From positions 1 to 64,000 of the IMG/VR virus record IMGVR_UViG_3300035698_014170: DNA of 64,000 nt; one strand, given 5' to 3'. The position numbers were made by a program, and so were the translations under genes. Below the pieces are notes generated by a model. That model ran no database searches, was not told where the DNA came from, and saw only the letters and a program-made list of their open reading frames with translations. Origin of the DNA: a virus. Positions 20,726 to 30,831 of the stretch are shown here, one piece after another. Within the stretch, counting starts at the first letter, position 1; every line of letters starts with the position of its first letter.

Positions 20726-21759
20726 ATTATATAGGTGATTTTACTGTTGATTATACTAATCTTACATTCTTTTGGAATACAAACGACAAAGCTGGGGCAA
20801 GTATAACAAGGGCTACGGATGGAACTGTTAAAGTTATTCGAGATGATGACACAGATTGTACTGGAACAAGTGTTACGGATACTGAGGATAGTCCGGATAC
20901 TGGAATCCATAAGTGTGTTATAGATTTAAGTGACGGGGCTGATTATATAATTGGTCATGATTATTTTGTTTGGATTGACGGTGCTGTAGTAGACGGCGAA
21001 ACAGTTAATGCTATGATAGCTCATTTTTCTATTTTTAATAGATATTCAGCTACTGGCACCGCTGCAGTATCAATAGCAGTAAACAGTTTACATAATTTTG
21101 ATCCGAATAACGATCAAGTCGATGTTGCGGCTGTAGGCGGAGCTGGATTTGCCGATGGTATTAATGATTTTAAAGCTACAAGTGTGGAGGTTACTAATTT
21201 AACAGCTATAGCGTCAGCAGTTTGGAATGCACTAACATCTGGTTTCTCTACTGCAAGTAGTATAGGCGAAAAGTTGAAAAATTGGACTGTTGGATTAGTT
21301 ACAAGTAATTCCGATAAAACAGGTTATTCCTTAGCAGTCGATCAAAGTGCTGTAACAATCGGTACTGTTACAACTAATACGGATATGAGAGGAACAGACG
21401 ATGCAGCTACTGAGGCTAAGCAAGATATAATAGATACAGTCGTTGACGCAGTTAAATTAAAAACAGATAAGTTGAATTTTAATACAGATAACGATGTATA
21501 TTCAATACCAAGAGGAACAGGTGCAGGAGCTGTCACATTAAGTTATTATGTTTATACCGACGAAGCTGCAAAAACTGGTCCAATAGCTGATTGTAAGGTC
21601 TGGATAACAACTGATGTTGCTGGTACAAATATTGTAGCATCTGGATATACAGATAACTACGGGAAAGTAATATTTTATGTTGATCCTGGGACATACTATA
21701 TATGGCGCAAGAAATCGGGATATAATTTTACTAATCCAGATACAGAAATAGTTTCATAA
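20722..21759 (+). CDS. Virion structural protein (decoration/fibre-like)
   Basis: Thr/Asp/Ala rich; IASAVWNA motif; C-terminal Ig-like TDNYGKVIFYVDPGTYYIWRKKSGYNF. Confidence 0.6.
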   Translation: MNYIGDFTVDYTNLTFFWNTNDKAGASITRATDGTVKVIRDDDTDCTGTSVTDTEDSPDTGIHKCVIDLSDGADYIIGHDYFVWIDGAVVDGETVNAMIAHFSIFNRYSATGTAAVSIAVNSLHNFDPNNDQVDVAAVGGAGFADGINDFKATSVEVTNLTAIASAVWNALTSGFSTASSIGEKLKNWTVGLVTSNSDKTGYSLAVDQSAVTIGTVTTNTDMRGTDDAATEAKQDIIDTVVDAVKLKTDKLNFNTDNDVYSIPRGTGAGAVTLSYYVYTDEAAKTGPIADCKVWITTDVAGTNIVASGYTDNYGKVIFYVDPGTYYIWRKKSGYNFTNPDTEIVS

Positions 21760-21769
21760 GGGGTAAAAA

Positions 21770-22519
21770 ATGGTAGATAAATACGGCGAAGGTAGTGTAG
21801 CAACAGGCAACGATCTTACGCCTATCCGTCAAATGGATAAGTACGTCGATTGGATAAAAACAGAATTTCAACCTCTTACTCTTGCTACTCCTGATGCAAC
21901 AATCGAACAATGTGTAGAAAATGCAATACGCTATTGGAATACTCATAGTGCTTATAAGATCAGTACTATGGTTGATTACGCACTTAGTCAGGTGAGAGCA
22001 CAGATACCTACGGATTTTAAATCAGTTGTACAAGTATATCCAGGTAGTGCAACACAATGGATATTAAATGATCATCCTCTTTGGACTTTAACAGGCGTAG
22101 CTATATTAGATAACGTTACTTCTGATTTAATAATAATGTCAGAAGCTTTTAGAAATTATCGAACTTACATAGGTACTGATTTTAGATGGACGTTTGTTAA
22201 ATCAGAGACTCCTAATGTTGATGGTGGATATCTTTATTGTGAGAATCTTCCTAAATCAAATTCGTCGGTGTTTGTAGTAGGTACAAAAAGGATTACAAAT
22301 ACTGAGGATATTAAACAAGAATATATACTAGATTGGGTACTCTCCTATACTTTGTCTTTGGTAAAACTTATAGAAGGAAATACTTTAAGAAAAGCTGGAA
22401 TTGTTAATATAAAGAACGATGGTAATGATTTAGTAAACGAAGGTAAGGAAGAGAAAAAAGATTTACAAGAAAGGCTAGCACGAGATGGCCGTTGGGTTTC
22501 ATTAGCCCGTCGTTGTTAG
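21770..22519 (+). CDS. Neck/head-tail adaptor protein (gp13-like)
   Basis: IEQCVENAIRYW, WVLSYTLSLVKLIEG..LRK, DGNDLVNEGKEEKKDLQERL. Confidence 0.75.
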   Translation: MVDKYGEGSVATGNDLTPIRQMDKYVDWIKTEFQPLTLATPDATIEQCVENAIRYWNTHSAYKISTMVDYALSQVRAQIPTDFKSVVQVYPGSATQWILNDHPLWTLTGVAILDNVTSDLIIMSEAFRNYRTYIGTDFRWTFVKSETPNVDGGYLYCENLPKSNSSVFVVGTKRITNTEDIKQEYILDWVLSYTLSLVKLIEGNTLRKAGIVNIKNDGNDLVNEGKEEKKDLQERLARDGRWVSLARRC

Positions 22520-22521
22520 AA

Positions 22522-22583
22522 GGGGCTATAATTATACCCTTCTTAGAATTAAACTTAATACAAGCAGAGTATAAGCCCCTAAA
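22522..22583 (+). repeat. Dispersed ~62-bp element, copy 3 (intergenic)
   Basis: GGGGCTATAATTATACCC...AAGCCCCTAAA. Confidence 0.85.
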
Positions 22584-22656
22584 TAGAACGTATATAGAGA
22601 ATGTAAACAGTTTGTTAGACTACATTCTAAGCTTGTTTTTAAGGATTAATAATAGA

Positions 22657-22830
22657 ATGAAAATTAAAGTATTCAAAGACGAAGAAGACAAATGGTATTG
22701 GCACATTCTTGCTCGTAATAATAAAGTATTAGCAGTATCTGAATCATATGAAACTAGACGTAGTTGTATAAAGACAGCAGAAAAAGTAGCTTGGTCAGAT
22801 CCGATGAACATAATTATTGACGAGAAATAA
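22657..22830 (+). CDS. YegP/DUF1508 family protein
   Basis: FKDEEDKWYWHILARNNKVLAVSESYETRRSC; true start at 22657. Confidence 0.8.
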   Translation: MKIKVFKDEEDKWYWHILARNNKVLAVSESYETRRSCIKTAEKVAWSDPMNIIIDEK

Positions 22831-24030
22831 ATGAACGAATTCGAATACGTATTAGAATCCTTAAAAACAGCTAGAGAAAAGTATCTCAATACTGGAAAGA
22901 TTTCTAAGGATTACTTTGGTTATTTATTAGAACAAGATCCTTCTAAAAATAAAAAATATCTCGAATGGATGTGTAAACAAATAGTTGACGGATATAACAG
23001 ACTCGAACATCTTAAAGATACAATACAATACTTCGATACCCTTGTTAATAAGAATAAGATTAAAGAAAAAGATATTAATTATTACAAATCTGTAGAAGAC
23101 GTTGAAGAAGTAATAGCAGATGTTAAGGATAAGCTTTCAAAAACAGAAGTTAAGAAATCTGTTAAATTAAAAGAAGCTGATAAAGTATATGAAGACGATA
23201 GATTAGTTGTTATAAATCCTCATACGCATAAAGCTGCTCAGTTATACGGCAAAGGAACTCAGTGGTGTATAACATCCGAAGACGATCATTATTGGGTTGA
23301 GTATACATTACAAGAAGGAGTTGAATTTTATTATGTTATATTTAAAAAGGACGTTGAAGGAGCTAGTTGGCCGAGTACTTTATCTGCTGAATTTAGTAAA
23401 GGCGATAAATTTGCAATAGCTTTATTTCAATCAGAAAATAATGTAGAAGTTTACGATGCAGAAGATAAAAAAATAGATATAATGGCTGGTAAGACAGGTT
23501 CATTTAATCCAATACGAGAAGTTGCTCAGATGTTTGATATACCTGAAGATATACTCGTACCTAAGGATTTAAATGATTGGTTAGACGAAAAACTGGAAAA
23601 GGGACTTGAAGGTCTTGAGGAATATGTAATTGACCAGTTAAAGTATAATTATCAGTTACAATCGACAGCGGAAATTGATCAGGAGAGTTATGAAGAATAT
23701 GGTTCATTAGTCGATTCAAGTTCAGGCGAAATTATCCCTTACTTATTTCTAAAAACGGAACTTACAGATAATGATTTTGAGGATATGGCATCAGGGATTA
23801 TAAGTTGGGCGTCGGATGAAGGTTTAGTTGAAGAAGTATACGATGCAGAAGATATTTCTGACATGCTCTTTATAGATAGTGTGGCTATAACAACAGCTGT
23901 TCAGGAACTTAACTACGGAAGTACGTCACTTCCGGAAAGTGAAGAACGAAAACGAATGGATATCGAAGGTCAGCAAAAGATGGAATTTGCAAAAGAAAGT
24001 ATTGCTATAATCGAAAGTATAGGTTATTAA
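22831..24030 (+). CDS. PcfJ-like domain protein with N-terminal leader
   Basis: DPSKNKKYLEW, KDINYY, KVYEDD..VVINPHT..AAQLYGKGTQWCIT. Confidence 0.65.
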   Translation: MNEFEYVLESLKTAREKYLNTGKISKDYFGYLLEQDPSKNKKYLEWMCKQIVDGYNRLEHLKDTIQYFDTLVNKNKIKEKDINYYKSVEDVEEVIADVKDKLSKTEVKKSVKLKEADKVYEDDRLVVINPHTHKAAQLYGKGTQWCITSEDDHYWVEYTLQEGVEFYYVIFKKDVEGASWPSTLSAEFSKGDKFAIALFQSENNVEVYDAEDKKIDIMAGKTGSFNPIREVAQMFDIPEDILVPKDLNDWLDEKLEKGLEGLEEYVIDQLKYNYQLQSTAEIDQESYEEYGSLVDSSSGEIIPYLFLKTELTDNDFEDMASGIISWASDEGLVEEVYDAEDISDMLFIDSVAITTAVQELNYGSTSLPESEERKRMDIEGQQKMEFAKESIAIIESIGY

Positions 24031-26935
24031 TGAACGAATTATTCGAACAAATATTATTAGAAACCGACTATAAGGGCGTAGTCCGCAAGCAAAGATCTAT
24101 CAATCGTTTGTTTCCTGATTGGAGTGATAAGGTTAAAGGAATTGCTAAGATGGGCGGACTTCGTATGAAGTCTTCTAATGAAACGGAATGGTATTTTAAA
24201 ATACATAGTGGCACAACAGCAGGTAAAACATACGATGTTCATCTTCAATTTAAGAATGTTCAGAATTATTATCCAAGCATGTTAAGGATAGAAGGCTTTG
24301 GGTTAAGGATAAAAGTAGAATTGATCGTAGAAAACTTGCAAAGAAGATGCTTTATAACGTAGATATTGCATTCGATTGTTCTTGCCCAGCATTCCAATAT
24401 TGGGGCGGTGCTTATATTACTTCTCTTCCTAAGTACGCAGCAAAATATGGAGATGCAGAAACCAGGGCTCCTAATGTTAGGAACCCAAAACAATATGGAA
24501 TGGTGTGTAAACACCTTCAGAATCTGATAAACGTACTTCCTTTTTATGAAAGTACTATGGCACAGTGGCTTACTCAATTTTATGACAAGCAGATAACTGA
24601 GATAGAAGCAAAAGCTAAAGAGGAGTATGGTTCGTTCAAAGCAGCTGGAGCTGAATTAGGTAAAAGAAAAGAAGAACCTGCTGAGCCAGAAGTTAAAGTA
24701 AAAGAACCTGGTAAAACAATGCGTACTAGTATTGTTAAGAATAAATTAAAAGATAAGGGATTAATAGATAGGATAGTAAAAGAAGGCGTAGAAGATAGAC
24801 TGGGAAACTGCTATCCGTTATCAGGAAGATATGTTCAAGCTCATCTTGATGCTATATTAGTACATGGTTCAATTAATGGTATAAGGTTTACGGGAAAAGA
24901 TTTAGACAATCCTCATGCATGGGTTGAAGAAGGCGACGAAGTATATGATCCAGTTTGGGATAAAAGACTTCCTAAAGAAGCCTATTATGGGATAATGCAG
25001 GCTAAAGTAATTAAGAAATACACGGACGAAGAAGCAGCCTTAAAAATGATTAGATCTCAACATTGGGGTCCTTGGGATGATATAAAAGAAGCTTGGCAAA
25101 AAGTAGGAAGAAAAACTTATAGCAATCAAGTAGGTAAATATTTAATAACTTTACGACCAGATCGTCCTACAGCAAAAATGCCTTGGGGAAAATCTTATTC
25201 TATATTTGTAGCAGAGGTTTGGCCAGGCGAAAAGAATGTTTGGAAAAAAGTTGAGAACTTTATGAGTGTAGGTTCTCTTACTCAAGCCAAAAAGAAATCC
25301 GAAGAATGGTTAGTAAGTAACGGGTTAAACGAAGATTTAAATTTTCGTGATACAACGGATATCCCTCATTATGATAGTATGATTAAGAATCCTGAGTATT
25401 TCAAAAAAGAAAAAGGAGCAGAATTTGAGATAGTAGAAATGTCTCCTAATGATTATCTTTCTATAGTTATAGACGGAATGTGGGCTGGGTCTGCTAATCT
25501 TCGAAGAGATTATAAAAACGATAAAAGTATTTTTACAAGAATATTATTAAAAGGTAGACTTAGAGATATTAGAAAATACGCTAAAGAATTTTGGAGTACT
25601 GTTTCTGACGTTCATATGCCCTTTCTAGATTTCGGAGTATCTAATTGGCTTTCACAAGAAGGACTTCATCGAGCAATAGTAGCTAGAAAACAGAATATTT
25701 CTACAATGCCTGTTTTAATTGTTTTTACTAACGTTTCCAAAAAAGAAATAGTTAAAAGGTTTCCAAAATTAGGAAAGTACGTTACGAACGAAAGTATAAT
25801 AAAAGAGGCTTTTGAATATAGTTGTGGTTGGATTACTCCGCAAGGAGAGTATGAAGGCATAGGTAGATTGAGTCATAGTGATTTCGCAGAGCTGTATATG
25901 GAAGAAAAAGGGATTTCCTACTCAGTAGACGATGAACTTACTATTTTCGGTAAGGTTTCCAGATATATTCGAGTTACAGCATCCAAGGATTCTTTCAGTG
26001 AAATAAACTTTGAAATTATATCTCCCAAGGTTACTGTAGCCCAATTATTAACTATACAGGAAAAAGCTGTAAACTATGAATCAGTTTATTGGGAGGATAT
26101 AATTAGTAGGGAGTATGGAGAAGATTTAAAAACATTCGTTATTTATATACGAAATACATATTTAAACGAAAGTATAATAAAAGAGACAAGAAGGCAAGAA
26201 TTGTGGATTAGTAAAGGTATTTACGGCTCTAATATAGATCCAGCTATAAAAACAGCTTCTGTGGAAGAAGTAGCTCGTACAGCTGGAGAATGGGCTGGAC
26301 GCGAATGGCGTAGAAGAACTGCTTTAATAAAAAACGGAGAAAGTGTAAATCCTACATGGGGCGATCCTGATAGTAGGGTATCTTGGTCTGACATAATTGC
26401 ACAGCTCGACGAGGCCGGCGTGACAAAACGTCCTGAAATACAAAAAGCTTTGAAACCTTTAGGCGGAAGAATTAGAGAACTTTCTCAACCTGTTTTTAAT
26501 AAAGCTAAGAAAAATGCTAACGAAAGTATAATAAAAGAGGACGCAGCAGAAGCTACTGCTTTTGCAAAAGAAGTTATGATAGCTCTTGAAGCTAATGACG
26601 ACGCAGCTTTAGAAAAAGCATTAGGATTTGAACCTGGCGAAGAAGAAGCGGTTATGTCAAAAGCAGATAGTTTAGTTAAGGATTTAAATGGAATGATTGC
26701 TAATAATAAAAGTTTACAAGAAAGTAACGCTTTTCAGATTGTCTCTTATAACTCTTTAGGAGAATTAACTATTTTATCTTCTAAAGGCGTAAGATATCTT
26801 ATTAGTAAAGTTAATCCTTTTGTTCATAAAAAAATTAAAATGTATCTTAGTCATAAAAATTATGGTCCTGCTTGGCAGATGTTTAATAAATTTCCTGTAG
26901 AGAGACTTGAAAATGAGAACAGTAAAACTAGATAA
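24030..26935 (+). CDS. Polyvalent polyprotein: SWIM Zn finger, papain/transglutaminase-like, ParB/Srx-like, GWITPxG, KTSC-like modules; one-base indel near 24260 joins the two tracked ORFs
   Basis: CSCPAF..CKH; GNCY..LVHG..HAWVE..YDP; QEGLHRA..MPV; three NESIIKE linkers; downstream frame open from about 24260. Confidence 0.75.
25787..26539 (+). repeat. Three exact 21-nt repeats AACGAAAGTATAATAAAAGAG (NESIIKE) at 25787, 26165, 26519
   Basis: Direct reading; all in frame; separated by unrelated sequence. Confidence 0.95.
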
Positions 26936-27137
26936 AGGGTTAAAAGATTGGTTAAGAGCGTACGAAATGGAAGAAGATCTTAAGTTTCGTAGAGGAGACT
27001 ACGATGTGCCCTTATATTATTCGGATAAACAGGAAGACGATAAACAATAAGTACTCATATAGGTCTTTGTATAATAAAGAGTTACTACGTTTTTAGCAAG
27101 ATTTTAAGGAAAAGTATAAAAATTAATATTTTTTTTC

Positions 27138-27211
27138 TTGGACTTTTAGAATAATAGGTTATAATAAGTTTAATTAGAAAAGTTAATAATTTAGAAAGGA
27201 TTGAAAAGATG
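27138..27211 (+). promoter_or_regulatory. Sigma70-like promoter plus conserved leader
   Basis: TTGGAC-N16-TATAAT, leader matches 5487-5519. Confidence 0.6.
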
Positions 27212-27451
27212 GAAAATCATAAGGCAGGAAAGAAAATCGATAAACGAACAATAAAATTGGGGACCTACGTAAGAGTTCAATATGACGATGCTGTATGTGA
27301 TGGTTTGGTTATTGAAAATTATCGAGACGAGACTAGCATGAAAGTGTTTTTTCCGACCGACGGAGTAATCGATACTGTCTCCCGAAATCAAATTTATAAA
27401 ATCGGAAATACGGCAAAATTTGATTTGATAAACTCCGGACTGTGGGATTGA
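27209..27451 (+). CDS. Hypothetical SH3-like small protein
   Basis: IKLGTYVRVQY..DGLVI pattern; strong RBS. Confidence 0.55.
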   Translation: MENHKAGKKIDKRTIKLGTYVRVQYDDAVCDGLVIENYRDETSMKVFFPTDGVIDTVSRNQIYKIGNTAKFDLINSGLWD

Positions 27452-27977
27452 CAAATTGAAAAGGATAGAAAGTTGAATTTATTGAAAGGATAGATAAGAT
27501 GGTTACTAAAGGAAAATGGAAAAGTGTATATCATAAACAATCAGATACTTTTATTGTTATCGACGAAAACGATATGGTTGTAGCTAGTCATTGCACCGAA
27601 CCCGATGCCTGTTTTATAGCTGCTGCAAAGGAATTAGTAAAAGAGCATGGATGATATAAAAAAGCTTTAGAAAATATTATTCCAATCGGCAGCTGTGTAC
27701 GATATTATGACAAAACAAAAGAAATACCTGCGATACATAAGAAAGCTAGAAATAAAAACGGAGCTTTTTTAACGAAAAATAAACAATTTTCTTTTGAGTC
27801 AGGTTGTTATAATTACGAATCTATTAATTCTTTTATTGAACAACAACTAAAACCAAAAATTAAGGACGGTAAAACATGCATTTAATTTTAGCCTTAGAAA
27901 CTACTAGTCTTGTTCAAATTACAATAGCCGTTTGGATGATTGTTATTGCTTCTTTTGCGTCTTGGAGACCTTAAAAA

Positions 27978-28808
27978 ATGTTCGATAGTTTAGCAACAAA
28001 TTTAATTCATTTAAAAGAAGATACATCTATGTCGTCAATATCGTTTTTACCTTCTGGATTAGGAACAGTTAAATCGGCTATTGCTTCTCTTGCAAAACAA
28101 ATGCCGGAATGGGATATTGAAATACTGGAAAGTGACGACGGTAAGAAAGTTTATTTTGGCGAAAGTCTTTGTATAGATGTCCCAAACGAACATTGGATAG
28201 ATTTTTTAAGCTTATTTGATAACTGTGATATAACGAATAGGCGTATAAATCTGAGTACTGCATTAAACGAAGCTATGGAAGAAGAGCTATCAGATCTTCT
28301 AAAGAATTTGAAGCCACAATTAATTAGAACGTTTTCAGAAGCGCCTTTAGACGAAGTACAATTGGATTTGAATAGATGGAAGAATAGATTTGGAATTGAT
28401 AAATACAAAGCACAAAACGTTCTTGTATCTTATCAGAATAAAAAGAACGATCTTCGGAAACTTTATAACGGGTTGCTAAAAGCTTACAAAACTGATAGGG
28501 GCAATCTTGAGATGCTTATCGAAGCATTAAAAGGTAAAACGTCTCTTGCACCGTTTGAAGTATTTAATGATCATAAATTCATATACGGAGCTAGAGTATT
28601 TTCTAGATTTCACGGAGTGAAGATTTTGTTCGAAGCAACAGTAAGTCCTGAGTTTAATATGTCCGAATCTGTTTATATAGATGATCCAGATGTAATAGAT
28701 ATCTTAGAAGAACAGCCTAGAGGATATAAAATTGTAGGGAACGTAGTATATCCAAAAGGTCAACGGTTTGCAGAAACGTTTTATAAAATATTGGAAGAAG
28801 CTATATAA
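27978..28808 (+). CDS. Hypothetical protein
   Basis: 276-aa ORF, GGAG RBS; internal LKE, LNE sites. Confidence 0.65.
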   Translation: MFDSLATNLIHLKEDTSMSSISFLPSGLGTVKSAIASLAKQMPEWDIEILESDDGKKVYFGESLCIDVPNEHWIDFLSLFDNCDITNRRINLSTALNEAMEEELSDLLKNLKPQLIRTFSEAPLDEVQLDLNRWKNRFGIDKYKAQNVLVSYQNKKNDLRKLYNGLLKAYKTDRGNLEMLIEALKGKTSLAPFEVFNDHKFIYGARVFSRFHGVKILFEATVSPEFNMSESVYIDDPDVIDILEEQPRGYKIVGNVVYPKGQRFAETFYKILEEAI

Positions 28809-28992
28809 TGGATGAGATAGAAAGAGCAGCTTTTGAAATGTTCGGAAGTTCGAGTATTCCTAGGAATGCCGGAGAAGAGTATGCCGTAAGGCAAACAACT
28901 GAACAACATTCTCCTAATTGTAAATGTTCAATGTGTATTTACGAAAACGAAATGGAACAAGCTTAGTATAATAAGAATAAAGGAGTGTAAAA

Positions 28993-29181
28993 ATGAGTAA
29001 AATGAATGGTTTTTTAATCAGTTTAATTACATATTTGTTCGGACTTTTTATAGGGTTTTTAATACTTAATTCTGTCACTGATAAAGCTATACAAAAAGGT
29101 TTTTTTATAAAAGATAATAAAACGTATAAAGTTGTATTATACGACGATTTAAAAACTCCAGATGTACGAGGTGTAAAATGA
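28993..29181 (+). CDS. Small membrane protein (paralog of 1381..1566)
   Basis: TM helix then KGFFIKDNKTYKVVLYDDLKTP; own TATAAT and AAGGAG. Confidence 0.6.
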   Translation: MSKMNGFLISLITYLFGLFIGFLILNSVTDKAIQKGFFIKDNKTYKVVLYDDLKTPDVRGVK

Positions 29182-29366
29182 GTAGACCCGATTTTGTAAC
29201 AGAAGAACATTTAGATTATTTAGACGAGTTAAGAGAATCAGGTGTAACGAATATGTTTGGAGCAGCACCTTATTTAAGAGAAGCTTTTGATATTTCAAAT
29301 AAGGACGATAGAGCAGGGGAAATTCTTGATTACTGGATGAAATCATTTGGAAAAGAAGGTAGGTAG
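29178..29366 (+). CDS. Conserved small phage protein
   Basis: YLDELRESGVTNMFGAAPYL motif widespread in phages. Confidence 0.7.
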   Translation: MSRPDFVTEEHLDYLDELRESGVTNMFGAAPYLREAFDISNKDDRAGEILDYWMKSFGKEGR

Positions 29367-29467
29367 ATTAATATGAATAAGCCAAGAGAACAAATTGACG
29401 AAATATTTGATATTGCCTTAGAAGTAATAGAAGCTGCAGAAGATATAGATAAAAAGTTATACATTAT

Positions 29468-29541
29468 TGCGGGGTAGAGCAGTCTGGCAGCTCAAGTGCC
29501 TCATAAGCATTAGGTCGTCGGTTCGAATCCGACCCCCGCTA
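29468..29541 (+). tRNA. tRNA-Met(CAT), initiator-like
   Basis: GCGGGG/CCCCGC stem with 1:72 mismatch, loop CTCATAA, GGTTCGAATCC. Confidence 0.9.
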
Positions 29542-29546
29542 TTTAC

Positions 29547-29608
29547 AAGGGTATAATTATACCAATTAGAAATAATAACGCAGTATACGGGGCGTCAGAG
29601 CCTTTAAA
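29547..29608 (+). repeat. Dispersed ~62-bp element, copy 4 (between tRNAs)
   Basis: GGTATAATTATACC perfect palindrome...AATAACGCAGTATACGGGGCGTCAGAGCC. Confidence 0.85.
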
Positions 29609-29629
29609 TAAAAAATGTACAGAAGACAT

Positions 29630-29702
29630 TGCAGAGTAAACGAGCGGCTTCAGTTACAGGACTTTGACTCCTGGTACGTCAGTTCGAATCTGACCTCTGC
29701 CG
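29630..29702 (+). tRNA. tRNA-Gln(TTG)
   Basis: CAGGA-CTTTGAC-TCCTG anticodon arm; GTCAG-TTCGAAT-CTGAC T arm. Confidence 0.85.
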
Positions 29703-29707
29703 TTAAT

Positions 29708-29778
29708 GTGGATATAGCACAATGGTAGTGTTCCTGGCTTCCAACCAGGGGATGCAGGTTCGAATCCTGTTATCCGCT
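29708..29778 (+). tRNA. tRNA-Gly(TCC)
   Basis: CCTGG-CTTCCAA-CCAGG; canonical D and T arms. Confidence 0.92.
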
Positions 29779-29784
29779 TTTTAT

Positions 29785-29856
29785 TGTGGAGTAGTTCAAT
29801 GGTAGAACGCTCGGCTGTTAACCGAGAAGTTGAAAGTTCGAATCTTTCCTTCGCAG
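29785..29856 (+). tRNA. tRNA-Asn(GTT)
   Basis: CTCGG-CTGTTAA-CCGAG. Confidence 0.92.
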
Positions 29857-29868
29857 ATGTTTTAATTC

Positions 29869-29942
29869 GCTGGTGTATCCCAATTGGCAGAGGAGACAGT
29901 TTTAGAAACTGTAGAGTGTAGGTTCAAATCCTACCACCAGTA
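29869..29942 (+). tRNA. tRNA-Leu(TAG), short variable loop
   Basis: ACAGT-TTTAGAA-ACTGT; discriminator A. Confidence 0.88.
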
Positions 29943-29946
29943 TTAC

Positions 29947-30019
29947 GGTCCAGTAAACCAACGGCAGAGTTAACGAACTTAAAATTCGTAAAGTGTAGGT
30001 TCGAATCCTACTTGGACCA
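29947..30019 (+). tRNA. tRNA-Leu(TAA), short variable loop
   Basis: ACGAA-CTTAAAA-TTCGT; discriminator A. Confidence 0.88.
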
Positions 30020-30024
30020 TTTAC

Positions 30025-30100
30025 CTAAGTGTAGGCTAGTTTGGAAAGAGTCGCTCGCCTTGGAAGCGAGATCACGCTGGTTCGAATCCAGCCACTTAGA
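30025..30100 (+). tRNA. tRNA-Pro(TGG)
   Basis: CTCGC-CTTGGAA-GCGAG; C1-G72, A73. Confidence 0.9.
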
Positions 30101-30357
30101 TTATTTAATTAAAGGAGTAAAAAATGAAACTAAATATTAGAATGTTTATTGCAGCAGCCGGAACAGTAAGTTTCGGATCTTTAGGTACAATGATGCTCTT
30201 ATTAAAAATCAACCTAATGTTAATTTTAATTTGATAGGAGTTTTCTTTATAATAGCTGCTATAAGATTTCTAGCAGGCATATGGGAATAGATATAAATTG
30301 TTAGGATATATATAACTATCCACTAAATAGATATAAATTATTGGGAAATATAAAACT

Positions 30358-30795
30358 ATGAGTATAAGAAAAAAAATTATTGAAGCAAAAGATGTTTCGA
30401 TTTATAAGAAACTTTTAAAAGTACTTGGAGATTATTCTACTTCGTTTCCTGCAACTGGAGTTACTGGATTATTTGATGTAGCAATTGAACAAGGCAAGAA
30501 GATACTTCCGAATGATAAACAAGCACTAGATATAATTGATTGCCTTTTATCAGACGAATCTAATCCTGCCGCTGTTCAAAAGTTTCTTAATTGCAGATTT
30601 TCAGATCTTCCAATTGAATATCGTCCTATTTCTAAAAAAGGAAATAAACATGAGGTAGCTTCTTGGGAAAGAAACGGAATAGTAAGTGACAGAGCAAAGG
30701 CACTTATAGATTTTGGAGTAGTAGGTAAAAAAGGTAAATGGTCAGATATAGACGGACAGAGTGTAACGCTTGTTGATATATCTAAAGAAGAATAA
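30358..30795 (+). CDS. Hypothetical protein with short leader MSIRKKIIE
   Basis: 145-aa ORF heading a run of leader-bearing genes. Confidence 0.6.
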   Translation: MSIRKKIIEAKDVSIYKKLLKVLGDYSTSFPATGVTGLFDVAIEQGKKILPNDKQALDIIDCLLSDESNPAAVQKFLNCRFSDLPIEYRPISKKGNKHEVASWERNGIVSDRAKALIDFGVVGKKGKWSDIDGQSVTLVDISKEE

Positions 30796-30831
30796 TTATC
30801 GTCAAAAAATTTAATAATTTAAGGAACAATA

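Noticed and set aside
22492-22656. N-terminal extension of the YegP-like ORF
   Set aside because: Translates the dispersed element and overlaps the neck gene; RBS supports ATG at 22657
25787-26539. CRISPR array or DGR repeats
   Set aside because: Spacers are 330-360 nt coding modules, repeats in frame; no cas or reverse transcriptase gene, no adenine-specific variation
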